Origin: Bugula neritina
Lineage: Eukaryota > Animalia > Bryozoa
Length of the DNA stretch: 64,000 bases
Direction: 5' to 3'
Assembly (NCBI GenBank): GCA_964035545.1
Contig: OZ037765.1
Span: 21,761,504-21,825,503 of the forward strand
This document shows, piece after piece, positions 51,971 through 64,000 of the stretch; position 1 is the stretch's first letter; the number at the start of each line of letters is the position of its first letter. The notes below the pieces were generated by a model. That model made no database searches, had not been told where the DNA came from, and saw only the letters and a program-made list of their open reading frames with translations. The position numbers and the translations under genes are program-made.

Positions 51971-54900
51971 ATGGCATCAGCACTGTTTGGAAACTCTACT
52001 CAACGTCAAGGAGGCAAAAAGAATTTGTTAGAGTTTAAAGCAGGAAAAATGTACATTCAAGGAAAAATGTGCTACCCAGATAAGAGAAAAGGCACTGTAT
52101 TTGTTCACCAAAGTGATGATTCTTTGATGCATTTTTGTTGGAAAGACAGAACAACTGGCAAAGTCGAAGATGTAAGGATATGTATTATTGTGTTAATGCT
52201 CTATTTAACTTAGAAATATTTTAAATGTACAATAAATGTACATTTTATTTACCCAAACATAGCTGAGCAATGTTTACGCATTGAGGCAGTATTTTTGAAA
52301 CTTTGCTTAGGCTGCATTTTTAAATTGCTTGGCTAAAACTGGCCCCAGCTTGAAATTGCTATTTCACTGTATTATTGTAGGATCTGCTTATTTTTCCGGA
52401 TGACACCGAGTTTAAAAGAGTTCCTCAGTGTACGACAGGAAGAGTTTTTGTACTGAAATTTAAGGCCTCCACTAAAAAGATCTTTTGGCTCCAGGTGTTT
52501 ATTTTTTTACTAGACCCCTGTTTAAAGATCATATTATTTTATTGAAATTTATGACTATGTCAACACTGATTGTATATTTGGTTAAATGATTACTCTAAAT
52601 TTGATAAATCAGGCACTGAGATGTACAGCATTCCCCTTGCTTAATTTTTAATTATTTATTTTCAAATTATGCAACATTTCAGGTGGATCAAAGTCGTTCT
52701 TTTAGAATAGGAAGTAGGCAAATAGAGGGGTTTCAAACATCCCCTAGAGGAAGTTGTATTTTAAAGTTGTCTCCCCCTAAAGGTATTGGGGGCAGTCTCC
52801 ATAATATATAGAAGGCCCATAAAATAAGTAGAAATGTAAGGTTTGAGTGAAGACTACTACTAGTATAAGTTTCATTTTTTCTGAGATTAATATTTTGGCA
52901 TAAGCACACATATGAGCAGTTTCAAAAAGTTTTTAAAAAGTTTTGTTAATGATGAATGGCACAAAAACAAAACTTCAAAGCATATTTGTGGTTTTGGTTA
53001 TTGAGCAAATCTGAAGCTGGCAGCTGTCATTATTATTTGCTTTGCTGACTGTAACCAGTCTGTTTAGAGCTGCTAACCTTTCAACTCTTAGAACAATAAT
53101 AACATGCTCGTAGACTATATAGCTGCACTAGTGGGCTCTGTCTTACTGAACTCCAAATGCTCCAAATTATGGGTTGGAACACATGCCTGTACGTTTATGA
53201 AAGCACTGGCTTATTTGTATTAACATGTTCACGTACTTACACACCTATACTATGAAAATAACTAAGCCACCCTACTATCTAATATTTCTATATATCAAAA
53301 AAATTATTATAAATATAAAGATATGTATTAAAATAGATAGAAAAATTTGTAATTTCAAACAACATCTTATCTAAAAATGCTAAACACTGTATAACTATAT
53401 ATATGTTTTAAAAGCATTTGTTTACATGGCATGCCTGCAAGTCAATGAAAATATTTAGAGAACAGTAAAAAAAAGCATTTAAATCCGTACGCATTCATTC
53501 GCCTTCATGGAAACGCAGTGTATAAGAGATAGCCTGATGGTTCACATAGTTTACATCAATGAACTCAATAATTATTAAGCTATTCCAGCTCAGTGGTTTA
53601 CATACAGTGACATACCACTGAAAATTATTAGAAACCACAGAAAAGATATAAAGGAGAGAATGCTGGCACAAAGGAAGTATAGCAATGTGGTCAAATATAT
53701 AGCTGAAAACTGACTTAGAGATAAATAAGTACAAAATGTACATAATATAGCTAAATCAGCAAAGCCAAATGATTTGATATAAAAAGTATTATCTGGGAAT
53801 TTAGTGAAACTTTGTAGCATTATTTAAAACTCCACCTTTGAGCAAGACCCGTATGGAGTAAAGCCAATCTTAATTTCATTAGTGTCATAAGAATGCAGTA
53901 ATTATGGCATAGTTCGTTCTTTTTATACTTTACAGCTGGTACTAAATGTACATTTCAACTCTTTTTTGGAAACAAGCCAAGTTGCTTTGGCTGAAAAGTG
54001 CTTTTTTGATGATTTTTTTTCTGCAATGCAGCAGTATATAATTTACAATGCTCCAAAAACATTTCTGTATTAGGAATGTTGGTATACCAACAGCTTGCAA
54101 GAATAATTATTTATTGAAAATACACTGTGAAATTTTTTTACAGACTTAATTTAAACGTTGAATTGTGGGACTTTTCCAAAATATTTATCTCAGAAAAAAA
54201 GAAACTATTCTGAAATTTATATGCTTCTTTTTACTGTTCTCTAAATATTTTCATTGACTTGCAGGCATGCCATGTAAACAAATGCTTTTAAAACATATAT
54301 ATAGTTATACAGTGTTTAGCATTTTTAGATAAGATGTTGTTTGAAATTACAAATTTAATCTATCTATTTTAATACATATCTTTATATTTATAATGATTTT
54401 TTTGATATATAGAAATATTAAATAGTAGGGTGGCTTAGTTATTTTCATAGTATAGGTGTGTAAGTACGTGAACATGTTAATACAAATGAGCCAGTGCCTT
54501 CATAAACGTACAGGCATGTGTTCCAACCCATAATTTGGAGCATTTGGAGTTCAGTAAGACAGAGCCCACTAGTGCAGCTATATAGTCTACGAGCATGTTA
54601 TTATTGTTCTAAGAGTTGAAAGGTTAGCAGCTCTAAACAGATTGGTTACAGTCAGCAAAGCAAATAATAATGACAGCTGCCAGCTTCAGATTTGCTCAAT
54701 AACCAAAACCACAAATATGCTTTGAAGTTTTGTTTTTGTGCCATTCATCATTAACAAAACTTTTTAAAAATTTTTTGAAACTGCTCATATGTGTGCTTAT
54801 GCCAAAATATTAATCTCAGAAAAAATGAAACTTATACTAGTAGTCTTCACTCAAACCTTACATTTCTATTTATTTTATGGGCCTTCTATATATTATGGAG

Positions 54901-56831
54901 ACTGCCCCCAATACCTTTAGGGGGAGACAACTTTAAAATACAACTCCCTCTAGAGGGATGTTTGAAACCCCTCTATTGTCTTTATGTACTTAGTGCCTGT
55001 TTCTAGTTTCATATTTCACTACTTCCCCATGTTGAGGTTGCAACTATTTTGTGTGGGTTGTTCAACTTATACAAGATCAGTTATTGTTGTATGCTGCAGG
55101 AGCCAAAGACTGATAAAGATGAGGAATACTGCAAAAAGGTAAATGAACTGTTGAACAACCCACCAACTCCCGGCTCTAGTCGTGCTGCTGGATTTGGTAC
55201 TGGCTCATCAGGCATGGCAGATATACCTTCTTCAGACCTGGCAAATCTTGGTAAAATGAATGTTTGTTTATTTGAAACTTGCTTTTAATATATGCAGCTT
55301 GCTTGCAGAATAATTAATTTATGTCTTCTATATTTTTGGGGAGCAGCCGTGGTCTAGGGGTTAGAGCGTTTGCTTAGTAAAAACAAAGTCATGGGTTCAA
55401 GCCCTGACAAAAGCCATTGGTGATGTTAGGAAGGACATCCAGTGATAAATTGCTCCTGTGCCCGATCTGAATAAGTCCCTAGCCCGACTTAACAAAAAAG
55501 CTCCATCAAGGCTTTTTCACAGGGATGGCGACTGTAAACCTGTGTGAGTTTTTATATCTTTTATATATTTCAGGTGATTCTGATCTTTCCAATTTGCTTG
55601 GTGGCATGAGTCAAGAGCAGTTGTTACGGCTGATAGGTGGTGTAGGGAATCTAGGATCTGGTAGTGGTGGGGCTGGATTAGGTAATGCCCTGAGAGGTTC
55701 TGCTAGGCCAGCTAGTACTCAGAGCCAGGACTCTGCAATGCCTGTCAGGGTGCAATCAGCTCCTGAAACACAGCCCAGTATGGAGGAAGATGCTGTGACA
55801 CCGCAACCCCGACCAGTCACTGCTGCTGCACTCCCGGGAGGGTCTTCAACCACTGATTCTTCTAGTGCCGCATCTCAGTCTATCCAACTCAGTGATCTTC
55901 AGAATGTCCTGTCTAGTATACAAAGTAAGAGCAGCTGCTGTATGAATATTTTCATCCCATCTTTTTTCTAATATGTGTAGGAAGCCGCCGTGGTCTAGGG
56001 GTTAGAGCGTTTGCCTAGTAAACACGAAGTCATGGGTTCGAACCCGAACAAAGGCCATTGGTGATGTTACAAAGAGCATCCAGTCATAATTGCTCCTGTG
56101 CCCCATTTGAATAAGTCTTTAGCCCGATAGTGATAAGAATAGCGACTATAAACTGGCTATAGTTTTTCTTCTCTATGTGTGAATTTTCTGCAATTGATGC
56201 TCACATGCTATTGGTTGTTGCAACAGCACCAGGAAATGCTGCTGAAGCAGTGAATCTGTCAGAAGCTCTCAACTCTGAGAAAATGATTCCAATACTGGCA
56301 GACCTTCGAGTACAAGAACGTCTTACTCCTTTCCTACCACAGGATTCGTCTATTCCATCTAGTCAAGATGAGCTAAGGGCCACCATATCTTCTCCACAGT
56401 TTCAACAAGCACTCAATAGCTTTGGCAGTGCCCTGACAAGTGGCCAATTGGGCCCAGTTTTAGCTCAGTTTGGTTTGAGTGAAGCTGCTGTTGCAGCTGC
56501 TAATCAAGGAGGTAAGATGTGCTTGGTGTTGTATAGTTTGTACATACTGTATATTTTGATCACTATTCCCCCTGTTGTAACACACTAATTGCAATACTTC
56601 TAATTTCAACTTATTACTGATGCGGCTCCAAAATGTTTTCTCTGTCAGGCATTACTAAATTAAAACGCACATATGGATTACACTTTTACAAGTTATTTTT
56701 GTGAGCAGAGTCTTATCTAAACCAGCAATTATTTAGCAATGACTGTCTTTTTTTCCACAGATATACAGGCATTCGTGAAAGCTATGCAGAGTGATGAAAG
56801 TAAGAAAGAAGAGAAGATGGATGAAAGCTAA
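51971..56831 (+). CDS. ADRM1: Proteasomal ubiquitin receptor ADRM1/Rpn13, 6 coding exons
   Basis: LLEFKAGKM...[56 protein letters not shown]; [23 protein letters not shown]; [19 protein letters not shown]. Exons 51971-52171, 52380-52493, 55080-55249, 55574-55924, 56227-56511, 56761-56831. Confidence 0.97.
52721..54977. repeat. Long inverted repeat (arms 52721-53484 and 54215-54977, ~730-bp spacer); foldback-element-like
   Basis: The arms are reverse complements over ~760 bp with only scattered substitutions and small indels (aatagaggggtttcaaacat... / ...atgtttgaaacccctctatt). Confidence 0.95.
55339..55540 (+). mobile_element. tRNA-Thr(AGT)-derived SINE
   Basis: A-box-like gtggtctaggggttaga, B-box-like gggttcaagccc, then a body ggtgatgttaggaaggacatccag shared with two other copies. 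Confidence 0.8.
55979..56152 (+). mobile_element. tRNA-Thr(AGT)-derived SINE
   Basis: gccgccgtggtctaggggttagagcgtttgcctagtaaacacgaagtcatgggttcgaacc resembles tRNA-Thr(AGT). The acceptor stem is lost and the body matches the 55339 copy. Confidence 0.82.
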
Positions 56832-57089
56832 TGACAATATGATAGCTAGTGTGTAAAATATTTACTTGTTATGTAATTTTAAAGTTGAATTTCCAGTTCT
56901 CAATACTTCATTTATTGACTAGGTATAAATCATAAAAGTTTGTAGCACCAGAGATCTTTACTCAAAACATTGAAATGTCCAGACTCATTGACTAAATAAA
57001 TATATGTAGAAAATTGTAGTCTAGTTGAGAAAATTGAACTTAAACTTGATACAAAATAATATCACATTCAATATCATTGCCCTTTCTTA

Positions 57090-60000
57090 TCAAAGCAAGA
57101 CATCATTTCTCTCAATAGCATTGGGTTTGTCAGTGTCTGTGTTGCTACTTTCAGTCGTGTCACCATTCATTGTGGTTTTAAGTCTTGTGCTTTCATCAGC
57201 CTTTGTCTTCTCAGTTACTTCTATTCCTTCTTCTTCATCGACTTCAACAAAGACATTTGTGTCTATGATAAATTTGATGAAATACAAGTTGTAATAACCA
57301 AAAATATGTAGAACAAACAGTGTACAATGTATTTATTTTGTAAAAAATTACACCCCAACATATCAATTAAAGCTGGTAACATTAACAGAACTTGAAACAA
57401 AAACTAATTAAACAAGTGATAAGGCCAAAACACATATTGTACGACCAACAACTATTTTTATCCCCTATCAATCATCACCTGGACACTCACTATGTGACTT
57501 TGTAACTGAGTTGGCAAATTGATTCAATGCTTTTAGCGCTGCTTTATCATGAGACATTTCTACAGTGGGAGCATCTCCCTGAAATACTTGTGGCGGAATA
57601 GTTTGGAGTGTAACTAATGTTGTGAACGTTTTTGTATTTGTACCCTACAACAAATATAAAGACAATTAGTTTATACACACTACTCTTAAATTGAAAGTAA
57701 TCTATAATGTGCTAAGTCACCTAATAGATCATGTTTAAATGAAACGTAATAAAATCTATCTCTGCGACAACAGGGTAAGCAATCTACATCAAAGCAGATG
57801 CTTAGATTCAATGGTCCTATGTGCCACATCATCCAAAGAAAAAATTATCAAAATTTGGTAGTACTATAATGTGTTCATACCAGCAGACAGACTAAGTTCT
57901 ACATCTTATGAACAGTTATTCTAGCTAGCATTACAATACAGCACTTTGATTTTCGGGTCAAGTGAGTTTAATAATAGTACCAACTTTTCAAATGTGAAAA
58001 TAATAAAATCATATGAAACAGGCCAATTACCTTGGGAAAATCTATAAACTCCATTGATATACCCATACAAAGACCAAGATACTCCAACTGCTCTCGGGGT
58101 GAATCTAACTGGCGTTTTACGTGCTCTTTACCGGCCAATAATTCATTACCGAGATCAGATTCACCTGCAGAATAAAGTTATTACATGTTGATAACAAAAT
58201 ATATTATGTACATAGCAAAAAATTTCATTACAGCAAAGTTGTTGGAAGACCTATCTGAAATTAATTGCTATCATAACCACTTTCCCAATCATACCTCCAC
58301 AGCAAATACCATAATAATAAATATATTCTGCTTCAACGTTAATGATTGTAACACAGTCATTAACGTTGAAACAGATAACCACAGAATATATCGACGGAAG
58401 TGATAAACTTGGAAACAATCACAAGATCTCGGAGTAAAAAGAAAACTTATATTTTACAAAGTGATTAGTGTCTAACCATGTTCTAGTAGATCTTTTGCGA
58501 GAGAGGCAGCAAGGTGAACGTCAAACTGCGGAAGTTCTTGTTTAGAAGATTTTTCAGAAATATTAGATCGGACGAGAACACCTGGTAACTTATAAAGTAA
58601 GCAACATTTCATTATTATATACATAATTTTATAATAAATGCAATATAAAACAAACATAACATCTATCAATAAACCATACAATATAAATGACATTATTTAT
58701 AACATAGATTTATTTACAACAATTTTATTGTTCAATTTACACAATTCACCAAATCTAAAATTTTTAAATAACTATTCAGAACGTTGAAGATGACAAACTG
58801 GCCAGTGCTAAGCTAACCTTATTAGCTGGAACTGAGTCCACAAAGGTAACATGTTTGCTACGCTGAGATGAGGAATTGCCAGAACTGTCGGCTGATTTCA
58901 ATGATGATTTTGCAGGAAGTGGAGTTGGCTTGCTATATCCCATGATTTGTAACATTTCTTCAGCAGCATTACGCTTGGCTAATTTTTTATTTGGACCCTT
59001 TCCTTGGCAAGTCTTTTCATTACATTTTACCTAAAAGCATTTTATGTTATTTTCTATAAGCAGTCAGAAAGAATATAATGAGGATATTGCAGTATAAGGC
59101 GTTGACAGACATGCTTAAAGCCAAATAATCAACAATGTCATGATCAAACATAACCTGGTAGAAAAGTTAAAAAACATGATTAAAGTCAAGTATGGTATCA
59201 AATATGTTAATAATAAAATGATTACCAATTTTTAGCCTGTAATGCATATTGCGTACAGCAAACTTGAAGGCACATGTTCAACTGCAGAACAACTATATTA
59301 TCTAGATCTCAAATTACCTGCCACTGTAAAATATAGGTGTAATACAGAGCAATAAATCCCAACCTGAATAATAAATTCCCTGCGTCTGGGTGCACCATGC
59401 TCCATCACCAAAGTATATACTGGCTCCTTCCTCTTGTTAGCTTGTTGTATTTGTATCAGCCGACTTATAGGATTTATACCTGAGCCATATTCTACATTCG
59501 CCTTCTGCATCTACAATAATAACATAAAGATAATGTTTTTTTTCCACGAAGCCATTAATTCGGGAGATACTGATTTTTAATTTGTGCAACAAATATTAGC
59601 TTGCTGCACAAATCTTTAATCAAAAATAATGATGTGCTATTTCACACAGTAGTACTGGAACAACATACTCGTATTATTGATACGTCATTTTTATAAGCTA
59701 ATTCTGTTGACCACGGAGAGATACAATACTACCTTTATCAAATTCCTGTTTTTCTTTTTATTTGCCAGATTTTTAACTTTCTGTCTAAAATCTGAAGTTG
59801 GACTGACGGATTCTTTGAGCTTTATAAGCATGTTTTCGGCAGCCTTTTTCTTGCTGTCTTTCTTGCTGTTGCCTTCACCTTCAGATACCAAGTCACCACA
59901 TACTGCTCTGTTGATATAGAATATTTTTGCATTTAAAACAGGCAAGAAGAATATAAAAAATTATGTAGTAAAATATCATTAGAATAAAATATTAAATAAA

Positions 60001-62978
60001 CCAATTTTGGGTTTACATTAGGCTACATGCATACAACTAACTGAATGGTAATGTTGGACAAATTAGTGCTTAACTAAAAATTGATATAAAAAGTTATCTC
60101 TTGTATGCAAGATTAAATTATACCACTAAATTCTGGCGCAAGAAATGGGTGAAAAAGAAACAAACCTTGTAGTGAATGTTCTCAGGTGGGGAGGGCCAGA
60201 TTCATGTATGATCTCAAATGTTATTTCTTTTCCATATTGTAAAGCGAGTTCATGAACTTGACTGATTTCAGACTTCTTAGCCTCATCACTTTCTTGGTCT
60301 ACTGACGAGGGCTGGGGACTTGTAGGGAGGGGTGAGGATTCTTCAGCAGGCGTCTCTAAAACATGAAAGAACTGTCAAAGAAACTAAATAGCCACCTGCA
60401 TATCAGACCCTGTACTTTTCACATAATAGTATCAAATATTAGATATTGTGAAGTTCATAAGCATATAACTTATATTTTTGCTATTAATGAGATTGGAACA
60501 TTACTAAAAGCATGGACCTTTTTAGGTTAGTATCATCTTTTATTATCTGATACTGTAATCTTTAAACCTAATAGTAGCAAAAATGTACATTATATAAAAA
60601 TCGAGTTTTCTTTACAAAACAGTTCATCAATCTTGTGACGATTTACTAAAGATGCATGTGTGTTACTATGCAAAGCATGCATGTACATAGATGAGTGTGT
60701 AAAGTAAATGTATAGAATACAATATACACGAGTTTCAAACAGGTTGAAATACTGAAGATGAACTGTCTTAATTTTAAAAAAGCATTCGTAGGTGAATAAT
60801 TTAAAATGACACAATGTGGGCAACAAACATACACACGCACACACACACGTATATATATTTACCTGCAACAGTTGGACTATCAATGGTTTGTGGAGACTCC
60901 GTGTTGGGAGGGTTTGAGGTGTTGTTCATTGAGGGTGACGCAGGCTTCCTCTGTAAGGGAATACTGTTGAGTACTTTTAGGGCTTTACTGGCAGCATTGT
61001 GGCGAGCGTGCTGTCGCGTTGTCCCATGACCTTTAAACTCATGCTGACCTATTCTTAAGACTACGGCAAATGGCTGAGAGTATCTATGACGGGTATGAGG
61101 AGACATAAACCTGTTACAAAAAAGATCAAGAACAGGTTTTTAAAAAAATTCACATATACAATATATGACATCCACATATCTTTAGATGCAACAATCAGCT
61201 TTATAAGTAGTAGCAAAACTAGTTAAATTTGCAGGTAAGACAAGTGTATTGTGCATGTATCTATTTACGGCTGTGGAAAAGTTCCTTCAACCATGCATAA
61301 GAGCGAAAAGCAGCAACACCGATGTGAAAGCATTTACTCTATTACATTGTATATCATTTAAATAATAAGAATATCTTACGGATTGTGGTAAGTGTGGTGA
61401 GGATGGAGTGAGTGGTAGTGGTAGTTGTGCATTGTAGAATACATATATGGAGAATACATGTGAGGCATTCGCACTGTGTCCACATTTACATAATGCGTTT
61501 GCTCACCCAGCTTCATTGCTAGAGCATTCAGCTCAACAGTTGGCGTCAATACTGGCTCTAAAAGTATGTTATTAAAACTATATAAAACAACAAATAAATT
61601 ATGCCACAGATATTAATTTCAAAAGGTGCTCTGGTGCCGCGCACTTTAATAGCTGCAGAAAACTCTAACTTCTTTAATACTTTTTGCTAAAAACATGTGT
61701 ACAATAAAAAAATCGGTTCTACCACAAAGTGAGGTAAAGCTTTTTAATTACAACAGTGTACATGGCTCTTCAACAATGCATTTTTGAAAAGAAATGCATT
61801 AATATTTTAGAATCTAATTTGTGAATGAATACATCTTATTTTTCGAAGATTGGATACACATTCAGCTTCCTAATGGTACTATAATGGATCAGGCTATGCA
61901 ACAGCAAACCTTTAAATTAAATGCAAATATACTAAATTATATGATGCTAAGAATGTGCAAAACTTTATTGACAATTGTGAAAAATCTAAGAGCTAAAAAC
62001 TACAACATACTTGTAACAATGTTTTTTAAACTAGAAGAAAAAATATCAAAATTGCTCAAAGCATCAGAAATAACTTCCCGGGACAATACACTAGTATAGG
62101 GTGAAATAAAAACTGACTAAATTTCGAAGTAGATGACATGAAACACAAACACTGTCAAATTAAATATTAACTAACTGCAATAAACATTAAACACAGCATC
62201 AAGAATAATGCCCATCAGCAAACAAAGAAATTGAGTGACATACTGGTTTTCTTAGGAGAGACAGGGGTTGGAGTTTCTATTCGAGGTGATTTGAAAGCGG
62301 GTCTGGGAAGAGAAGTTTGACTGAGAGCTTCTTCGGCAGCTGCATGCTGTGCCCTTTTGATACTGCTGCCAACTGCTAAGTAACTCTCCGAACCGAAATC
62401 AAGTCTTATGTGAAACTCTTTCTTGTGTGCTGGTCCCTTCTCATCAACCAGCACATATTTATGAGCTAGCTAAAATAATTGTGTATATCTAATAGGCATT
62501 GCATCTATATGAATGTATTAGGTATCAAGTTAATATAGCTACCAATATTAATTCATTCCATCAACTCAAACAACAAATTTTAGTAAAACAGAAAATAGTT
62601 TGATTCGTTCATACGGAACTCTACATACTAATGTCATGAACCCGTGAACATTGAATTATTTTGAGGATGCGAATAAACTACACTTAAAATATAAAGCATT
62701 TTATGATATCAGAAGAAAATGGTAATAGAATAACTCTAAAATGTATACCTTGTTAAACCGAGCGAGCTCATTAATTTGACACATTGGGGTTTTCTCTTTT
62801 GTGTTTGCCTTACTTTGGAGATTGTCTGACTGACCATTGCCATTGATGGAGAGTTTTCTCATCTCTGATGTTACGTGCAGAATCCCTCGCTGCTGTTTAC
62901 GGGATGTTTCTAGATCAGCGGAAACAGCAGCCGGAGTTGCCTGCACTCCAACATCAGCACTAGTACATGATGACGTAT
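57090..62978 (-). CDS. stau: Double-stranded RNA-binding protein Staufen, multi-exon, 5' end probably outside window
   Basis: [132 protein letters not shown]...DFPK. An acceptor at ~62979 implies a further upstream exon. Confidence 0.95.
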
Positions 62979-64000
62979 CTACACAACACAACTATTGTTA
63001 TCTGTGCTATTCTAGCCTAGTCACCACACTGTATTTTAAGTGTGAAGTATAGTTTATCAGTTGCCTAAAACGTGGTAATTATTATATTGTAGACTAATCT
63101 AGTAAAACATAAACAAGCTGGTAGTTAAATGTACATGAGCTTTTAAATAATTGTTACAAGATTTTTTACATCATAGATTTGTGACGACTATTATTAAACA
63201 CTGTATAGGCTCAAAAATCATTAAACCCAGTAACACTGGTGTAAACTTTGCATTATTTATTTAATTTATCAACTATATTTGACATAGAAATACTGGGTTT
63301 GTAGTGAAAAATGGAGGAATCACTTTTGGTAGTCAAAAGTTAGATGACTCTCTATTCACTGCATATGAAGCTGTTTCTTTTCAAGTGTTCTACCGATAAT
63401 AGTTTTTACTAATCACTTTCTCCACTAGATTAAATGGTCATAAAAAGGTTGGTAAGCTGATGAGTTAATGAAAAATAAAATAAATTTCAATGGGTAGACA
63501 ACTTCAAAGCTATGTTTGAGTTATAGTTAATATATTTCAGCAGATTTCACTGTAATTTTTCAATCCTACTTTAATGTCTGTCTGTCCACACTTATGCATT
63601 TTCCTATACAAGGTTGCATATTAAAGCCAGTTGCTATGGTATTGGAACCAAACACACTTTTAGAAAATGGCAACCTTAGACATGAGCATTATGCAGTGCT
63701 TAAATTTGTGCTGGCATTAAACACATGGGAGGTTTTAGCAAATTGATTTCACATTGAGTTTTGGAAAAAAATTCATTCATTCGAAAATTTTCATCCCATT
63801 TAAGCTGTGCAACCAACTACAGTACGTCTGCTTTAGAAAATATTTTTTTAGGCAAAAGTTGGAGTGTATGCAAAACTGAATCACATTTGATATGTCATCA
63901 CGGTACTTAACAGTAGCCATGTTTCTGCAGAGTTGTCAGGTGAGAGAAAAAATTTAGGATTTTCAACCAAACAAAAAGCATCTTTGGTGTACAAATATAA

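Noticed and set aside
53428-53443. Vector polylinker-like gcatgcctgca
   Set aside because: An 11-nt chance match embedded in both arms of the genomic inverted repeat.
55979-56055. tRNA-Thr(AGT) gene (also 55339-55415)
   Set aside because: Acceptor and anticodon stems do not pair, and both copies continue into a shared non-tRNA body, so these are SINE heads.

Overview
AT-rich, intron-dense nuclear DNA from a bilaterian invertebrate; the exact taxon cannot be fixed from this window. It holds eight spliced host genes: PRDM10 (-, 3' end runs off the window start), TBC1D16 (+), CNOT10 (+), twist (-), a Fer2/HLH-13-type bHLH gene (+), an ABHD1/3-type hydrolase (-), ADRM1/Rpn13 (+) and staufen (-, 5' end probably outside the window). 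Between PRDM10 and TBC1D16 sits a young but defective Ty3/Gypsy LTR retrotransposon (9878-15498, -). It has near-identical 305-bp LTRs, a tRNA-Leu PBS, a -1 frameshift signal, no integrase, and an extra 3' ORF encoding a C2H2 zinc-finger / Arg-Ser-Pro / coiled-coil protein. The most unusual observations are: (1) a degenerate 3/6-nt periodic TA/AT lattice confined to the three intergenic regions that carry housekeeping-gene 5' ends; (2) the Gypsy accessory ORF; (3) a ~760-bp inverted repeat inside an ADRM1 intron, next to staufen, whose 3' UTR appears to overlap that of ADRM1; (4) a head-to-head twist / Fer-class bHLH pair in which the Fer2-like basic region is degenerate. Exon coordinates were read by eye from GT/AG sites and reading frame and may be off by a few bases.
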